Positions 9,342 through 18,847 of a stretch of 64,000 bases of DNA are shown one piece after another. How positions within the stretch are numbered: position 1 is the first letter of the stretch; each line of letters starts with the position of its first letter. Origin of the DNA: Pedosphaera sp. (lineage in GTDB: Bacteria; Verrucomicrobiota; Verrucomicrobiia; Limisphaerales; SIBH01); NCBI GenBank assembly GCA_031414955.1, contig JANOQV010000184.1:1-64000 (forward strand), given 5' to 3'. Both the position numbers and the translations under genes were made by a program. The notes under the pieces were generated by a model. The model saw only the letters and a program-made list of their open reading frames with translations. It made no database searches and was not told the origin of the DNA.

Positions 9342-10732
9342 GCGTTTCTCGCCCAGCGAAGGAAAAACCAGCGAACAAAAGCAAACACCGCCAGGGGAGC
9401 GAGAGCCAGCAGGAGCAGCAAAAGACAGAGTGCGTTCACATGAGAATTGTGCCCGTAATGAAGCAGGTTGAAGATGCGCACGGCAAGCGTTTCCCCGCCC
9501 GGCGGCAGCACGAGTAGAATCGTTTCCACGTCCCACAGGCACAGCACATAAACGATGTACGCGGCGGCGGCGAGCGGGGACGCGATCTGCGGCAGCACGG
9601 CGTGGCGAAAGAGCGCGAACCCCGAGGCGCCATCCACGCGCGCCGCGTCGATGAGGTCACGGTCCATGGATTCGTGTGCGACCCGAAGGAGCGAGTGCGC
9701 GAGGGCGAAGTAGCGCACCGTGAGCAGAGTCACGACGATCGCGGCGGAGCGCGTGAACCAAAAGAGTGCCGGGCGGTTGAAGGCCGTAACCGCGCCGATT
9801 CCAAGCAGCACGCCGGGGACGAGGAAGAGAATCCACAGCCAGCCGAGTCCGCGGACCCGAACCAGAGCAACGCCCAACACCACCGTGAGCAACGCCGCCG
9901 TCACGGCATAGAAGAGCGAGTTGAACACGGCGGACTGGCCGGCGGCAAACGCCGGGATGAATTCGCTCCAGGTGCGGGCGTGGCCGACGAGTTGGGCGAG
10001 CGGCACCAGCAGAGAGAACACGAGAACCAGGGCGCAGACGACCGCGCTAATTCCGAACCACCCTGAACCAAGCTGTTGCCGGAGCGCCGGAGCGAGGTCG
10101 GCGGCGCTCGCGCGCGGCCACGGGATGGCGGTGCGGCGCAGGCACAGAATCAGCAACCCAGGCGCGAGGATCAGCGGCCAGCTCAGGCGCAAGGCGGCGA
10201 GTGCGTCGAGGTTGGTGTTGAATTGCACCCAGACTTCCGCCGGAAAGACTTTCACCTGGAGGATCGCGGGGACGGCAAAGTTGTTCAGCGCCAGGGCGAA
10301 GGTGATGGTGGCGGAGACGAAGAGGGCCGGCTTCGCCGCAGGCAGCAGCAGGGACTGGAACAAGTGCCGGCCGCGCAGGGCGGGATCAAGTTCGAGATGG
10401 GCCAGTTCCAGCTTTTGCCACGCACTGAAAACCGCCAGCGCCGAAATGGGCCAGAGCAGCAAGGCCAGAATCCAAACCGCACCATTCAGGCTGAAGATGT
10501 CCAACGGCAGCCAGCGGTGCAGCGTGCCGCTGGCCCCGAGGAGATCAATCCAGCAGTTGGCGACGAGAAAGGCGGGCAACGCCAGCACGGTGAGGGTGAG
10601 GGGGATGAGCAGGCGACGCGCACGCCAGCCCGATGCACTCAAGACCACCGCGCACGCCAGCCCGAGCAGCAACGCCAGCAGCGTGGACGCACCCGCGAGC
10701 AGCAGACTGTTGGCGAGCAAAGGCCAGTTCAT
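9338..10732 (-). CDS. ABC transporter permease, FbpB/ThiP-like, two TM modules
   Basis: Highly hydrophobic; EAA-loop-like DRDLIDAARVDGAS; PPGGETLAVRIF. Confidence 0.85.
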   Translation of the reverse strand: MNWPLLANSLLLAGASTLLALLLGLACAVVLSASGWRARRLLIPLTLTVLALPAFLVANCWIDLLGASGTLHRWLPLDIFSLNGAVWILALLLWPISALAVFSAWQKLELAHLELDPALRGRHLFQSLLLPAAKPALFVSATITFALALNNFAVPAILQVKVFPAEVWVQFNTNLDALAALRLSWPLILAPGLLILCLRRTAIPWPRASAADLAPALRQQLGSGWFGISAVVCALVLVFSLLVPLAQLVGHARTWSEFIPAFAAGQSAVFNSLFYAVTAALLTVVLGVALVRVRGLGWLWILFLVPGVLLGIGAVTAFNRPALFWFTRSAAIVVTLLTVRYFALAHSLLRVAHESMDRDLIDAARVDGASGFALFRHAVLPQIASPLAAAAYIVYVLCLWDVETILLVLPPGGETLAVRIFNLLHYGHNSHVNALCLLLLLLALAPLAVFAFVRWFFLRWARNA

Positions 10733-10757
10733 GTGTGAAAGGCGGCCCCGCGCCGTT

Positions 10758-11816
10758 CTAAGCCCCAGTGCGGCCCTCAGCCGAAAGGGTGCTCCGGGAA
10801 GGACCGAACTTCAGCGCCCGGATTTCCTTCAGGCTGGCCGTGCCGGTCGTGCCGAGTTGGTGGATGACGATGGACGCGGCCGCCATGGCGAGTTCGAGAG
10901 CCTCGCGGAGCGTCGCGCCGGCGGCGAGGGCGGCGGTCAGGTTGGCCGTCACGGCATCGCCAGCACCGACGATGTCAATCGCTCCGCGCACGGGAAAAGC
11001 CGGAACGTGTTCAACCAGACCACCCGGTTCCGCGCCGACGATGCCGCGTTCCGCCAGGGTGATGAAAACACGGCGCGAGTGGGATCGGGCGAGAGACGCG
11101 GCGGCTGATCTGACCTGAACCAGATCGCCGGTGGCGGCACCGGTGAGCACGGCCAGTTCGCGCTCGTTCATCTTCAGGCAGACGGGAGGGTAATCTTTCA
11201 ACCCGCGCCGGCTGTCGGCCAGGATCAACAGTTCCGGCCGGGCCGAGGCAACCTGTTGCAAGGCCGACCGGACACGTTTCGTGAGGACACCCGTTTCAGG
11301 CACACTGACTTGATCCATGATGATGATCGCGTCAGCAAAGGCAGCGACCGCTTCAAGGGCCGTGACGATGTGTTGGGACACTTCGTCCGGTGTGGGCGAC
11401 CAGTTCTTGCTGTCGAGGCGGTTGAGTTCGCGTGGCGGCTGGCCGGGCACGAGCACGAGCGGCTTGCAGTAGGTGAAGGTGCGGCGCTCGGAAGTCTGGA
11501 GGACGTAGTCGAGGATCACGCCGGGCCTCGCGCCCAGCGCGGCGAGCAGTTCAAAGCCTTCGCCATCCTGGCCGCAGAAACTGACGGGGTAAATTTCCGA
11601 GACGCTCAAATCGACGAGGTTGTTGAGAATGGTCCCGGCCGCGCCCGGCTGACTACGAACATTGACCACGTTGTAAACTTCAAGGCCGGTCTCGATGGAA
11701 ATCTCCGAACGGGCGGGATCAATCTCAAGGTAGCGATCGAGGCAGAAGTCGCCGACGACAGCCACTCGCAACAGGGGAAGATTCGCGGCGATGGTTTGAA
11801 AACGAGCGTGATTCAT
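10758..11816 (-). CDS. PfkB family carbohydrate kinase (HldE kinase-like)
   Basis: VVGDFCLDRY, PGAAG, KMNERE, ITLAERG, DIVGAGD. Confidence 0.9.
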   Translation of the reverse strand: MNHARFQTIAANLPLLRVAVVGDFCLDRYLEIDPARSEISIETGLEVYNVVNVRSQPGAAGTILNNLVDLSVSEIYPVSFCGQDGEGFELLAALGARPGVILDYVLQTSERRTFTYCKPLVLVPGQPPRELNRLDSKNWSPTPDEVSQHIVTALEAVAAFADAIIIMDQVSVPETGVLTKRVRSALQQVASARPELLILADSRRGLKDYPPVCLKMNERELAVLTGAATGDLVQVRSAAASLARSHSRRVFITLAERGIVGAEPGGLVEHVPAFPVRGAIDIVGAGDAVTANLTAALAAGATLREALELAMAAASIVIHQLGTTGTASLKEIRALKFGPSRSTLSAEGRTGA

Positions 11817-11828
11817 GGGGCGAGGGGA

Positions 11829-12013
11829 AGCTCCAAAATCCAAAATCCAACCCGGGTCGCGGTCGGACAGGAAGGTCCTTCTCCCGCAAGAACATCGGTG
11901 TCCGGCGCGAGCTGGACTAGCGACGAGGAGTAGGACGCCGATTCTCGCCGCCAGCCATTTGGAGTTTGGAGCTTGGAGTTTATTTGGATTTTGGATTTTG
12001 GGGTTTGGAGTTT
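11829..12013. repeat. Heptamer inverted-repeat element
   Basis: gctccaa aatccaa aatccaa, ~105-nt spacer, then ttggagt ttggagc ttggagt ttat ttggatt ttggatt ttggggt ttggagt. Confidence 0.8.
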
Positions 12014-13122
12014 CCGCTTTCGTTCAACGCATGAAACAAATTGTGCATAAAGGCAAGGTTGTCGCATTGCGCATAGTGCATCGCGCCGCCCATGCGAGAG
12101 AAGCTCTTGCAGAAGCGGAGGTAGTAGGCGGGGTTGTCCTTGGGTGGTTCGCCGGAACTCCAGTCCCAGTTGCCGCCGTCCTGCAAATCCACGACGAAGA
12201 TGCTGAAGTCTTTCACCGGCGGGCGGGCGGTCTGAAAGCGGAGGTTATGCACGCAGCTCAAACTTTTCTCAAAAACCTGCGGAGCCATGATCGAGGAACC
12301 GACCGAGAGCACGACGCCACCGTCGAGATTCTCCACCGCACCGGCGATGAGCTTGAAGTCCAATTCGGCAGCGCGCCCGATGACCGCACCATTAAACATG
12401 GGATGGCAGGACACGATGTCGTAGCCGATGCCGGGATGAACGGTGGCGGGGACGCCGTGCTTGAAGGCTGAGGCCAGAATCGAGGCGTGTTTCCAGCGGT
12501 GATTCACTTCGATCCGGCCTTCGGGCAACTCGTGCTGAAGCATCGCCCGCAACAGATCGGAGCAGGCGGGCGTGAGCGGGTCCGTCGGAAATTCGCGGAT
12601 CATTTGCTCAAGCTGCTCGGCCGCGGGCAGCGAGGTGCCGTCCTCCGCGATGAATCTCCCCAGCGACGCGCCGTAGCCTTCGCCGCGCATTCCGCCGGAC
12701 AGCAAGGCAAGGTGGATGTTGCGACCGGTTTCATCCCAGGTGCCGAAGGTGCCAGCGGCGACATTCTCCTCCACGCTCTCGGTCGAGCGCCCGAGCCAGG
12801 CATATTCCCAATCATGAATCGTCCCCGCCCCGTTGGTAGCGAGGTGAGTGATCCAGCCACCCTGCATCATCTGGTCCAGGATGAGGGCCGCGCCGTTGCG
12901 CAGGAGATGGGCGCCATACATGAGGATGACGCTGGCCCCGCGCGCGCGCGCGCGTCGGATGGCTTGTTCGCATCGGACGATGGAATCAAGAGCAGCGGCG
13001 CTGACGCGCGCCGGAGCCGTCTCGGGCAGAACAAGAATGTCCTCGATCCGGGTGAGGCTGCGCCGTTGTTCCAACGGCCGCACCTTCAGTTTGCGCAGGT
13101 CGAGCGGAGCGATGGGTTTCAC
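11980..13122 (-). CDS. Conserved hypothetical protein, probable deoxyhypusine-synthase-like fold
   Basis: GAHLLRNG, HLATNGAGTIHDWE, TESV, PATVHPGIGYDI, SVGSSIMAP; overlaps the HAD gene stop. Confidence 0.65.
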   Translation of the reverse strand: MKPIAPLDLRKLKVRPLEQRRSLTRIEDILVLPETAPARVSAAALDSIVRCEQAIRRARARGASVILMYGAHLLRNGAALILDQMMQGGWITHLATNGAGTIHDWEYAWLGRSTESVEENVAAGTFGTWDETGRNIHLALLSGGMRGEGYGASLGRFIAEDGTSLPAAEQLEQMIREFPTDPLTPACSDLLRAMLQHELPEGRIEVNHRWKHASILASAFKHGVPATVHPGIGYDIVSCHPMFNGAVIGRAAELDFKLIAGAVENLDGGVVLSVGSSIMAPQVFEKSLSCVHNLRFQTARPPVKDFSIFVVDLQDGGNWDWSSGEPPKDNPAYYLRFCKSFSRMGGAMHYAQCDNLAFMHNLFHALNESGNSKPQNPKSK

Positions 13123-13940
13123 GCGAATATGGCGGCCAGGATCGGACCGGCGTTCTGGTAGTCGGGAATGATCGCGTCGGCACCGGCCTGGATGAGATGC
13201 TGCCGCTTGTCTCCATCGACCAGGCCGGAACCGTGAGTTTGCTCATCACTGGCGACGCCAATGGCCAGACCACCGACGGCTTTGGTGAACTCGATCTCCA
13301 CCGGACCGTCGCCAAACGAGAGCAAGTGCGAGCCTTTGATGCCTTCCTCGTGGATAATCCGATCGATGACCTGCTTCTTGGAGAAGGTGAGCCCGGGCGT
13401 GGCACCGTAGATGTGCGCGCCGAAGTACGGAGTCAATCCGAGCAGTCCCGCTTCCCGCTGCACCTCCGGATCGGATGTCCCGCTGAGGATAATCAGTTTC
13501 AAGCCGCGCTCGCGCAGGGCCTCAAGGATCGGAATGGCTCCGGAGATGACAAACTGCTCCACGGCGGCTTCTCCACGGACGAGCCGGCCCATGCGTTCCT
13601 GCAAAGTTTTGTCCAGCCGGCGCAGATAAGCCTCCAGCAATGAATCTGGGTCAGGCGTCCTGACATTCCACGCCAGCGCGTACTCTTGGAAACGCCGCAT
13701 CTGGTGGATGGATGGCTTGCCGTTCAGGGCGAGGATATCGCGCCGCAGTTGCGACCGCACCTCCGGCTGGTCCGCAAAATCGCGGGGTAGAAACTCGGCG
13801 AACAGTTGCACCATCACGTCTGGCCAGCCGTTGCGCAGCCCGGAGAGCGTGCCGTCGAAATCGAAGATGACATGCGAAACTCCGGGACGGCGCAGGTCCG
13901 CCGCCAGGAGTTCGTTTTGGCACCGCAATGGTGAAGTCAC
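13119..13940 (-). CDS. HAD family hydrolase/phosphatase
   Basis: FDFDGTL motif I, ILSG motif II, SKK, FGDGPVE motif IV. Confidence 0.9.
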   Translation of the reverse strand: MTSPLRCQNELLAADLRRPGVSHVIFDFDGTLSGLRNGWPDVMVQLFAEFLPRDFADQPEVRSQLRRDILALNGKPSIHQMRRFQEYALAWNVRTPDPDSLLEAYLRRLDKTLQERMGRLVRGEAAVEQFVISGAIPILEALRERGLKLIILSGTSDPEVQREAGLLGLTPYFGAHIYGATPGLTFSKKQVIDRIIHEEGIKGSHLLSFGDGPVEIEFTKAVGGLAIGVASDEQTHGSGLVDGDKRQHLIQAGADAIIPDYQNAGPILAAIFA

Positions 13941-14044
13941 ACCATGAGTAAAACACTCCGACGCGCCCGGTCAACGCGGTAGACGGCACCGGGTGGGATT
14001 ATGATGCATCTTGACACTGTTTTTAATTGCCAACGGGTGCGTCC

Positions 14045-14434
14045 TCAGCGGAGGAGCCAGTAAATGAGCGTGATTTGCGCGGCGAAGAGTAGAAACAGGG
14101 CAGACCAGGTGAGGGCTTCGCGCACCCGCATCGTCTTCTGGCCGCTACGTGCGAGCCAGAAACGAATCTGAACTGACCCCAGTTCGATCAAATCGCCATT
14201 GCGCAACACTCCCTGCTCCACTTGCTCCCCATTGATAATGGCCAGCGCCTCGCGCCGTGACGTGAAGAGAAATCCTTCGCTGCGTTGGAAAGTGATCTCC
14301 AGGTGGCGTTCCCACACACCAGCCTCATCAAGGAGCAGGCCAGCACCCGACTCGCGGCCAAGGAGGAAAGGAAAACGGCGGACCACGATGCTGTGGCCCG
14401 CCTGTTTGCCGGAAAGAATTTGGAGCTGAATCAC
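14045..14434 (-). CDS. FHA-domain protein with C-terminal TM helix
   Basis: ILSGKQAG, LLGR, RH, ING..V....LRNGDLIELG; GTG start at 14434. Confidence 0.8.
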   Translation of the reverse strand: MIQLQILSGKQAGHSIVVRRFPFLLGRESGAGLLLDEAGVWERHLEITFQRSEGFLFTSRREALAIINGEQVEQGVLRNGDLIELGSVQIRFWLARSGQKTMRVREALTWSALFLLFAAQITLIYWLLR

Positions 14435-14450
14435 ACTTGCACCCGACTCG

Positions 14451-15029
14451 CTAAAAGCTTTTTGGAACGAGGATGTAGTCGCCCGGACAGATGGTGCGGT
14501 CGTACCGGGCATCTTTCCTGGCCAATTTACAATCGACGAATTCGCGAGTTCCATCCGCCCGGGTGATCTCGACTTTGCTCCGGTTGGCAAACTCGGTGAA
14601 GTCACCACAAGAACCAATGGCGCGCAAAACCGTGATGTGACCGCTATAGAGCATGCGAGCCCGGTTGTTCACTTCGCCCGCGACGGTGTAGAATCGTTCG
14701 CCCGTTTTGACGACCACGGTGATCTGCTTGTAATACTCATTGGTGATGTAGGCATTCTTGGTCTCCCGCTCAAAATCGCTGAATTTCATGCCCGCTGCCG
14801 GCACCGGGCCGAGCCGAAACATGTTCACCGTGCCATCGGCGCGCACCGCATGCTGCCTTTCCCCCGGAGAATCTGGAATATCAAGGAGACTGATGGTCAG
14901 GGTATCGCCAAGGAGGATGACGTCATCCTTGCAAACGTACTGCTTGTCCGGTGGACGCAGGACACAACCCGTCCACAGGAGGACGAAAACAACCGATGCC
15001 ACCGCGGAAATCCAACCCTTCCAAATCAT
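14451..15029 (-). CDS. Polysaccharide export lipoprotein (Wza/OPX-like, Poly_export + SLBB)
   Basis: Lipobox LWTGC, GDTLTI, VRADGTV..LG.V.AAG, V.GEV, AI...GDFT, PGDYILVP. Confidence 0.85.
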   Translation of the reverse strand: MIWKGWISAVASVVFVLLWTGCVLRPPDKQYVCKDDVILLGDTLTISLLDIPDSPGERQHAVRADGTVNMFRLGPVPAAGMKFSDFERETKNAYITNEYYKQITVVVKTGERFYTVAGEVNNRARMLYSGHITVLRAIGSCGDFTEFANRSKVEITRADGTREFVDCKLARKDARYDRTICPGDYILVPKSF

Positions 15030-15067
15030 GCGCGTGAGTCCTTAACAGCGTGCCCGTAAGGCGACAA

Positions 15068-17281
15068 TTAGAATTTCGACTTAATCTCGATCTTGGCATC
15101 CGCACCGGATTTGTCGGCCGTCTTGTCGCCGCCCTTCTTCTTGCTGCCCGAGGTGTACTCACCGGTGTACTCGCCCTTCGAGTAGTAGTCGTAGTAGTAG
15201 CCGCTGTAGTAGTAATAGTTCTCGTCCTGGGAAACATTGATGTTGTTCAGCACGATGCCGAGCAGGTTGCCACCGACCTTTTCGATCATCTGTTTGGCGC
15301 GGATGGTCATGGGCTGCGGATAACGACGGTACTGAATGACCTGAAGGACCATGTCCACCTCGCTGGCCAGAATGGAGGCGTCGCTCACACCCATGATGGG
15401 CGGTGAATCGAAGAAGACGAAATCATAGCGCCGCTTCACGTCGCGGATGAGTTCCTTCATCTGCATTGAACTGAGGATGCCGAGCGAACTGCTGGGCAGT
15501 CGGCCGCTGGGCATAAAGTCCATGTTGGGCTGCGATGTGGTCTGAATGACTTCCTCAATGGTGTTCTGCTTGAGCAGGTAATTGGTCAAGCCGATCGCGT
15601 TCGAAATTTGGAGGTACTTGTGCAGGCTCGGCCGGCGCAAATCGGAATCCACCACGAGCACGCGCTGGCCATTCTGGGCGAACACCGTGGCCAAGTTGAA
15701 GATGGTGGTGGATTTGCCTTCGCCCGCACCGCCGCTAACGACGGTGAGCGAGTTCAGCTTGGGATCTTTGCGGCTGAAAAGCACGTTGGTGCGCAGCACG
15801 CGATAAGCCTCGGCGTGCGGACTGTCCGGGCCTTCCTCGATCAGCACTCCCACGTTCTGCGGAATGACGCCGAGCACAGCGGCCTGCAAGGCCCGTTCCA
15901 CGTCGTCGATCGTCTTCACGCTGGTATCAAGATACTCAATGAAGAAGGCCAGGCCGACGCCCACGAGCAAGCCGAAGGCAATACCGAGGCTGATGTTCAG
16001 TTTCTTGTTGGGCTTGTAAGGGGTGGAGTCAGCCTCGGCCGGTTCGATGACTTGCACAATTCCCGCCGTGGGCGCGTTCAACTCGACCTGGGCGTTATCA
16101 ATACTCTGGGCAAGTTTGTCGCGCTGAAATTTGATCTGAGCCAAATCCTCCTTGGCTTCGTAATAAGGGCGGGTCTTGGCGAAATTCTCAGAATCCTGGC
16201 GCTTGGCCTCGACCAGCCTGGCACTATAAGTATCCATGTTGGCCCGTTCAGTCTGCATCCTCAGTTCCAACCCGATCATCATGAAGATGAGCCGATCATC
16301 AAGCTGCCTCTGCACCTCTTTCAAGGTCTCCCTGACCTGCGTGACATCAGGATGATTGGGCCCCAGCGGACCAGCTAACAAGTTGGTAAGTCTCTGTCGG
16401 GCGCGATTCTCCTCGCTGATCAACTCAGCCAGACCGGTGTCCCCTGGCACGGCCAACGGGGCGGCCTTCTTCAGCGTTTCCGGGGTCAATCCACGCAACT
16501 TTGAATAAAGGTTCGTCGCCGCCGAAAAACTTCGCTCGGCCTCCAAGAGACTGGAATTGAGCAGGCGGAGCGTCTCCTGGTCGATGGTGGGGGTCGGTTG
16601 GCTCGAGGCCGCCTCGGAATCGGTAATCTTCAACTGCACCCGCAGTTCGTTCACTTTCATGACGCGGTTTGTGACCGCCTGTTCCTTCTCGACCAGTTGC
16701 TGGCGCAGATTGACGATGCCGTTGCTCTTGACCTGCGAGCGGGCGCTGCCACGCACTTCCTTGTAAACCTCGGCGACTTTGTTCGCCAAGTTGGCCGCCT
16801 CATCCTTGTCATCGCTGTATCCCTGGATCTCGACCAAGCTGGTGTTATGGACCTGATCGACGCGCACGGCTCCCTTGAGAATTCGGTAGGCAATTTCTTT
16901 GCTGATCCCGCCCGGTTGGTTGAACTTGGCACCCCATTCCTTGGTGAGGTTTAATTCGTCAATGACACGATGAAGGACGGGCTTGGATTGAATGCGCTGA
17001 AACTCAGTCTGGATGAAAAACGGATCAGCCGGGGGGCGGAACATGAGGCTCCCCCCCTTGGGGTCCACGTCCACCAGATCCTGCTCAATGGAGATGATCA
17101 CCTTGGCCCGATAGCCCGGCTTTAACAAATAAGTAACGACCGTGCTGGTCAGCGAAACCAGCAGGAAAACCGCCAGGATAACCGTCTTGCGGATACGAAT
17201 GATGCGCCAGTAATCGAGGAAATGCAGTTTGGTCTCCGGCGCGGCAAACGCCTTGGTTTCATCAGTTCGTATCGGTTCCAT
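15068..17281 (-). CDS. wzc: Polysaccharide co-polymerase / BY-kinase (Wzc-like)
   Basis: Two TM helices around a coiled periplasmic domain; EAYRVLRTN, Walker A GEGKST, DSDLRRP, FDSPP; C-terminal Tyr cluster YYYYSGYYYDYY. Confidence 0.93.
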   Translation of the reverse strand: MEPIRTDETKAFAAPETKLHFLDYWRIIRIRKTVILAVFLLVSLTSTVVTYLLKPGYRAKVIISIEQDLVDVDPKGGSLMFRPPADPFFIQTEFQRIQSKPVLHRVIDELNLTKEWGAKFNQPGGISKEIAYRILKGAVRVDQVHNTSLVEIQGYSDDKDEAANLANKVAEVYKEVRGSARSQVKSNGIVNLRQQLVEKEQAVTNRVMKVNELRVQLKITDSEAASSQPTPTIDQETLRLLNSSLLEAERSFSAATNLYSKLRGLTPETLKKAAPLAVPGDTGLAELISEENRARQRLTNLLAGPLGPNHPDVTQVRETLKEVQRQLDDRLIFMMIGLELRMQTERANMDTYSARLVEAKRQDSENFAKTRPYYEAKEDLAQIKFQRDKLAQSIDNAQVELNAPTAGIVQVIEPAEADSTPYKPNKKLNISLGIAFGLLVGVGLAFFIEYLDTSVKTIDDVERALQAAVLGVIPQNVGVLIEEGPDSPHAEAYRVLRTNVLFSRKDPKLNSLTVVSGGAGEGKSTTIFNLATVFAQNGQRVLVVDSDLRRPSLHKYLQISNAIGLTNYLLKQNTIEEVIQTTSQPNMDFMPSGRLPSSSLGILSSMQMKELIRDVKRRYDFVFFDSPPIMGVSDASILASEVDMVLQVIQYRRYPQPMTIRAKQMIEKVGGNLLGIVLNNINVSQDENYYYYSGYYYDYYSKGEYTGEYTSGSKKKGGDKTADKSGADAKIEIKSKF

Positions 17282-17354
17282 AGAGATAAAAAAGAGGCTG
17301 AACTCCTTAGTCCAGCCTCCAAGTCAATTCGTTCAAATATTCCTTCAACTCCAA

Positions 17355-18713
17355 TTAGTAGGTCGCCCGTACCCCGAGGTAAAAACGGTTTCGGTCGTAT
17401 TGCCGACTGCCGCCAGCATTTCCCCGGACCGTGCCATCCAGCATATCGTAGTTGTAACCCGCCTCAGCCGACCAGTTGCGATTGAAACGATACTCCAAAT
17501 TCAAGCCCAGCATCCACAAGTCCTCCATGCGACCATCACTGGCTCCACCGTTGAAAGTGGAGTGCTGATACTGGGCCATGACAACGCCCGTGAGCTTGGA
17601 GGTAATCTGTTGCACCACTTGGAAATATACCACGGTGGTTTCAGCATCCAAGGTAGGGTTACCACCGGAATCGACGCTGCCCGCAACATCCGTGGCATTG
17701 CGCGCATGGCGAATGCCCAACTCAGCCGAACTGCCGATCATGTAAACGTAGGTCAAGCTCACGTCCGCGTACGGGCTGAGGGACGATTCGCCCGCCTCAT
17801 AAAAGTCAGCGTATTGCGCACCCAGGCGTACTGAGGTGCGGAGGCGAGCCGTCAGATCGTAATCCGCACCCACATAACCGTAATGGGAGTAGCTGTTGCG
17901 AATGTTGCTCTTCAATCCCATGGTCCGGCGAATGGCGGCTGCTCGCTCCGGCGTCGGAGGGAAATTCGGATCGTTCAATTCGTCATCCAACTCGATGAGC
18001 GTGGATTGATCCAACACCAGATCATCCCCGGTGTAGTGGTTCATCCCAAAGCTATATCCGATCAACCCGACCAAATTAGGGGTGAAAGTATTGCGCAAAT
18101 CAACTCGGAACATGTGCTCGAGACGATCCAAAAGAGCGGAACGGCTGCCCCATCCCTCCTGCTCGTAATCATACCAATTATTTATGTAGCCGAAGTTTAA
18201 TGCCATCTGGCGGCTAATTCCGAGGTTGTGATTAACATTGCCACGGTTGTGGAGAACGGCGCTTTCTGTGCGGCTTGCTGAACGATTGGGGGAGGTGATG
18301 ATGTTGCCGCGATCGGCGATGGTCGGCTCGGAGGTGTAGACGAAAGATTCGTCAATGCTGATGTCGTGCTGTGGGGCAAAACGATGGCGCAATCGGGCGT
18401 TGAACTCGTGATTCTGATCATTACTATCCGGTTCCCGATCCTCGTACCAGATCAACGAGTAAACGTAACCCATCGAGAGAAAGGTCTGGTCAAAAGGCAG
18501 GCTTACGTGAACCGAGGGGCTGACGGAAAGGGCGAAGCTGTCCTGCTTACTCCCATCGGGTGAAGTGGCAATATTGTCGTCGTAAATGGCCCGGACCGAT
18601 GCGGCCATGGTGAAAAGCCGGCCGGTACGCTGACGGCTCATCTCCGGGTCGGCGGCATGCAAAGTAGCAGCACCAAGTGCGAGAATTCCTGCGGACGTTA
18701 AAACTTGCTTCAT
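17355..18713 (-). CDS. Outer-membrane beta-barrel protein of the polysaccharide export locus
   Basis: Signal peptide, YDDNI, alternating aromatic beta-strands, C-terminal YDRNRFYLGVRATY. Confidence 0.8.
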   Translation of the reverse strand: MKQVLTSAGILALGAATLHAADPEMSRQRTGRLFTMAASVRAIYDDNIATSPDGSKQDSFALSVSPSVHVSLPFDQTFLSMGYVYSLIWYEDREPDSNDQNHEFNARLRHRFAPQHDISIDESFVYTSEPTIADRGNIITSPNRSASRTESAVLHNRGNVNHNLGISRQMALNFGYINNWYDYEQEGWGSRSALLDRLEHMFRVDLRNTFTPNLVGLIGYSFGMNHYTGDDLVLDQSTLIELDDELNDPNFPPTPERAAAIRRTMGLKSNIRNSYSHYGYVGADYDLTARLRTSVRLGAQYADFYEAGESSLSPYADVSLTYVYMIGSSAELGIRHARNATDVAGSVDSGGNPTLDAETTVVYFQVVQQITSKLTGVVMAQYQHSTFNGGASDGRMEDLWMLGLNLEYRFNRNWSAEAGYNYDMLDGTVRGNAGGSRQYDRNRFYLGVRATY

Positions 18714-18774
18714 AACCTGCTAAAATTGGACGGACTTAAGCCCAGCCTGAATACACACAGCGAGAGCGGTTGCG

Positions 18775-18803
18775 GTTTTATGGGTCGGCATTTGTATTGT
18801 CAA
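18775..18803 (-). promoter_or_regulatory. Putative sigma70 promoter for the barrel-wzc-wza operon
   Basis: Minus strand TTGACA-N17-TAAAAC, about 60 nt upstream of the ATG at 18713. Confidence 0.55.
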
Positions 18804-18847
18804 ACAGATTTGCCTCCAGTTCCGTTCAATCTTCCCTGAAATTATTT

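Noticed and set aside
11851..11935. SRP RNA-like hairpin in the spacer of a heptamer element
   Set aside because: Lacks the conserved SRP domain IV motif; the resemblance is superficial
15180..15220. (tag)n-like microsatellite
   Set aside because: It is the coding sequence of the Wzc tyrosine cluster on the minus strand
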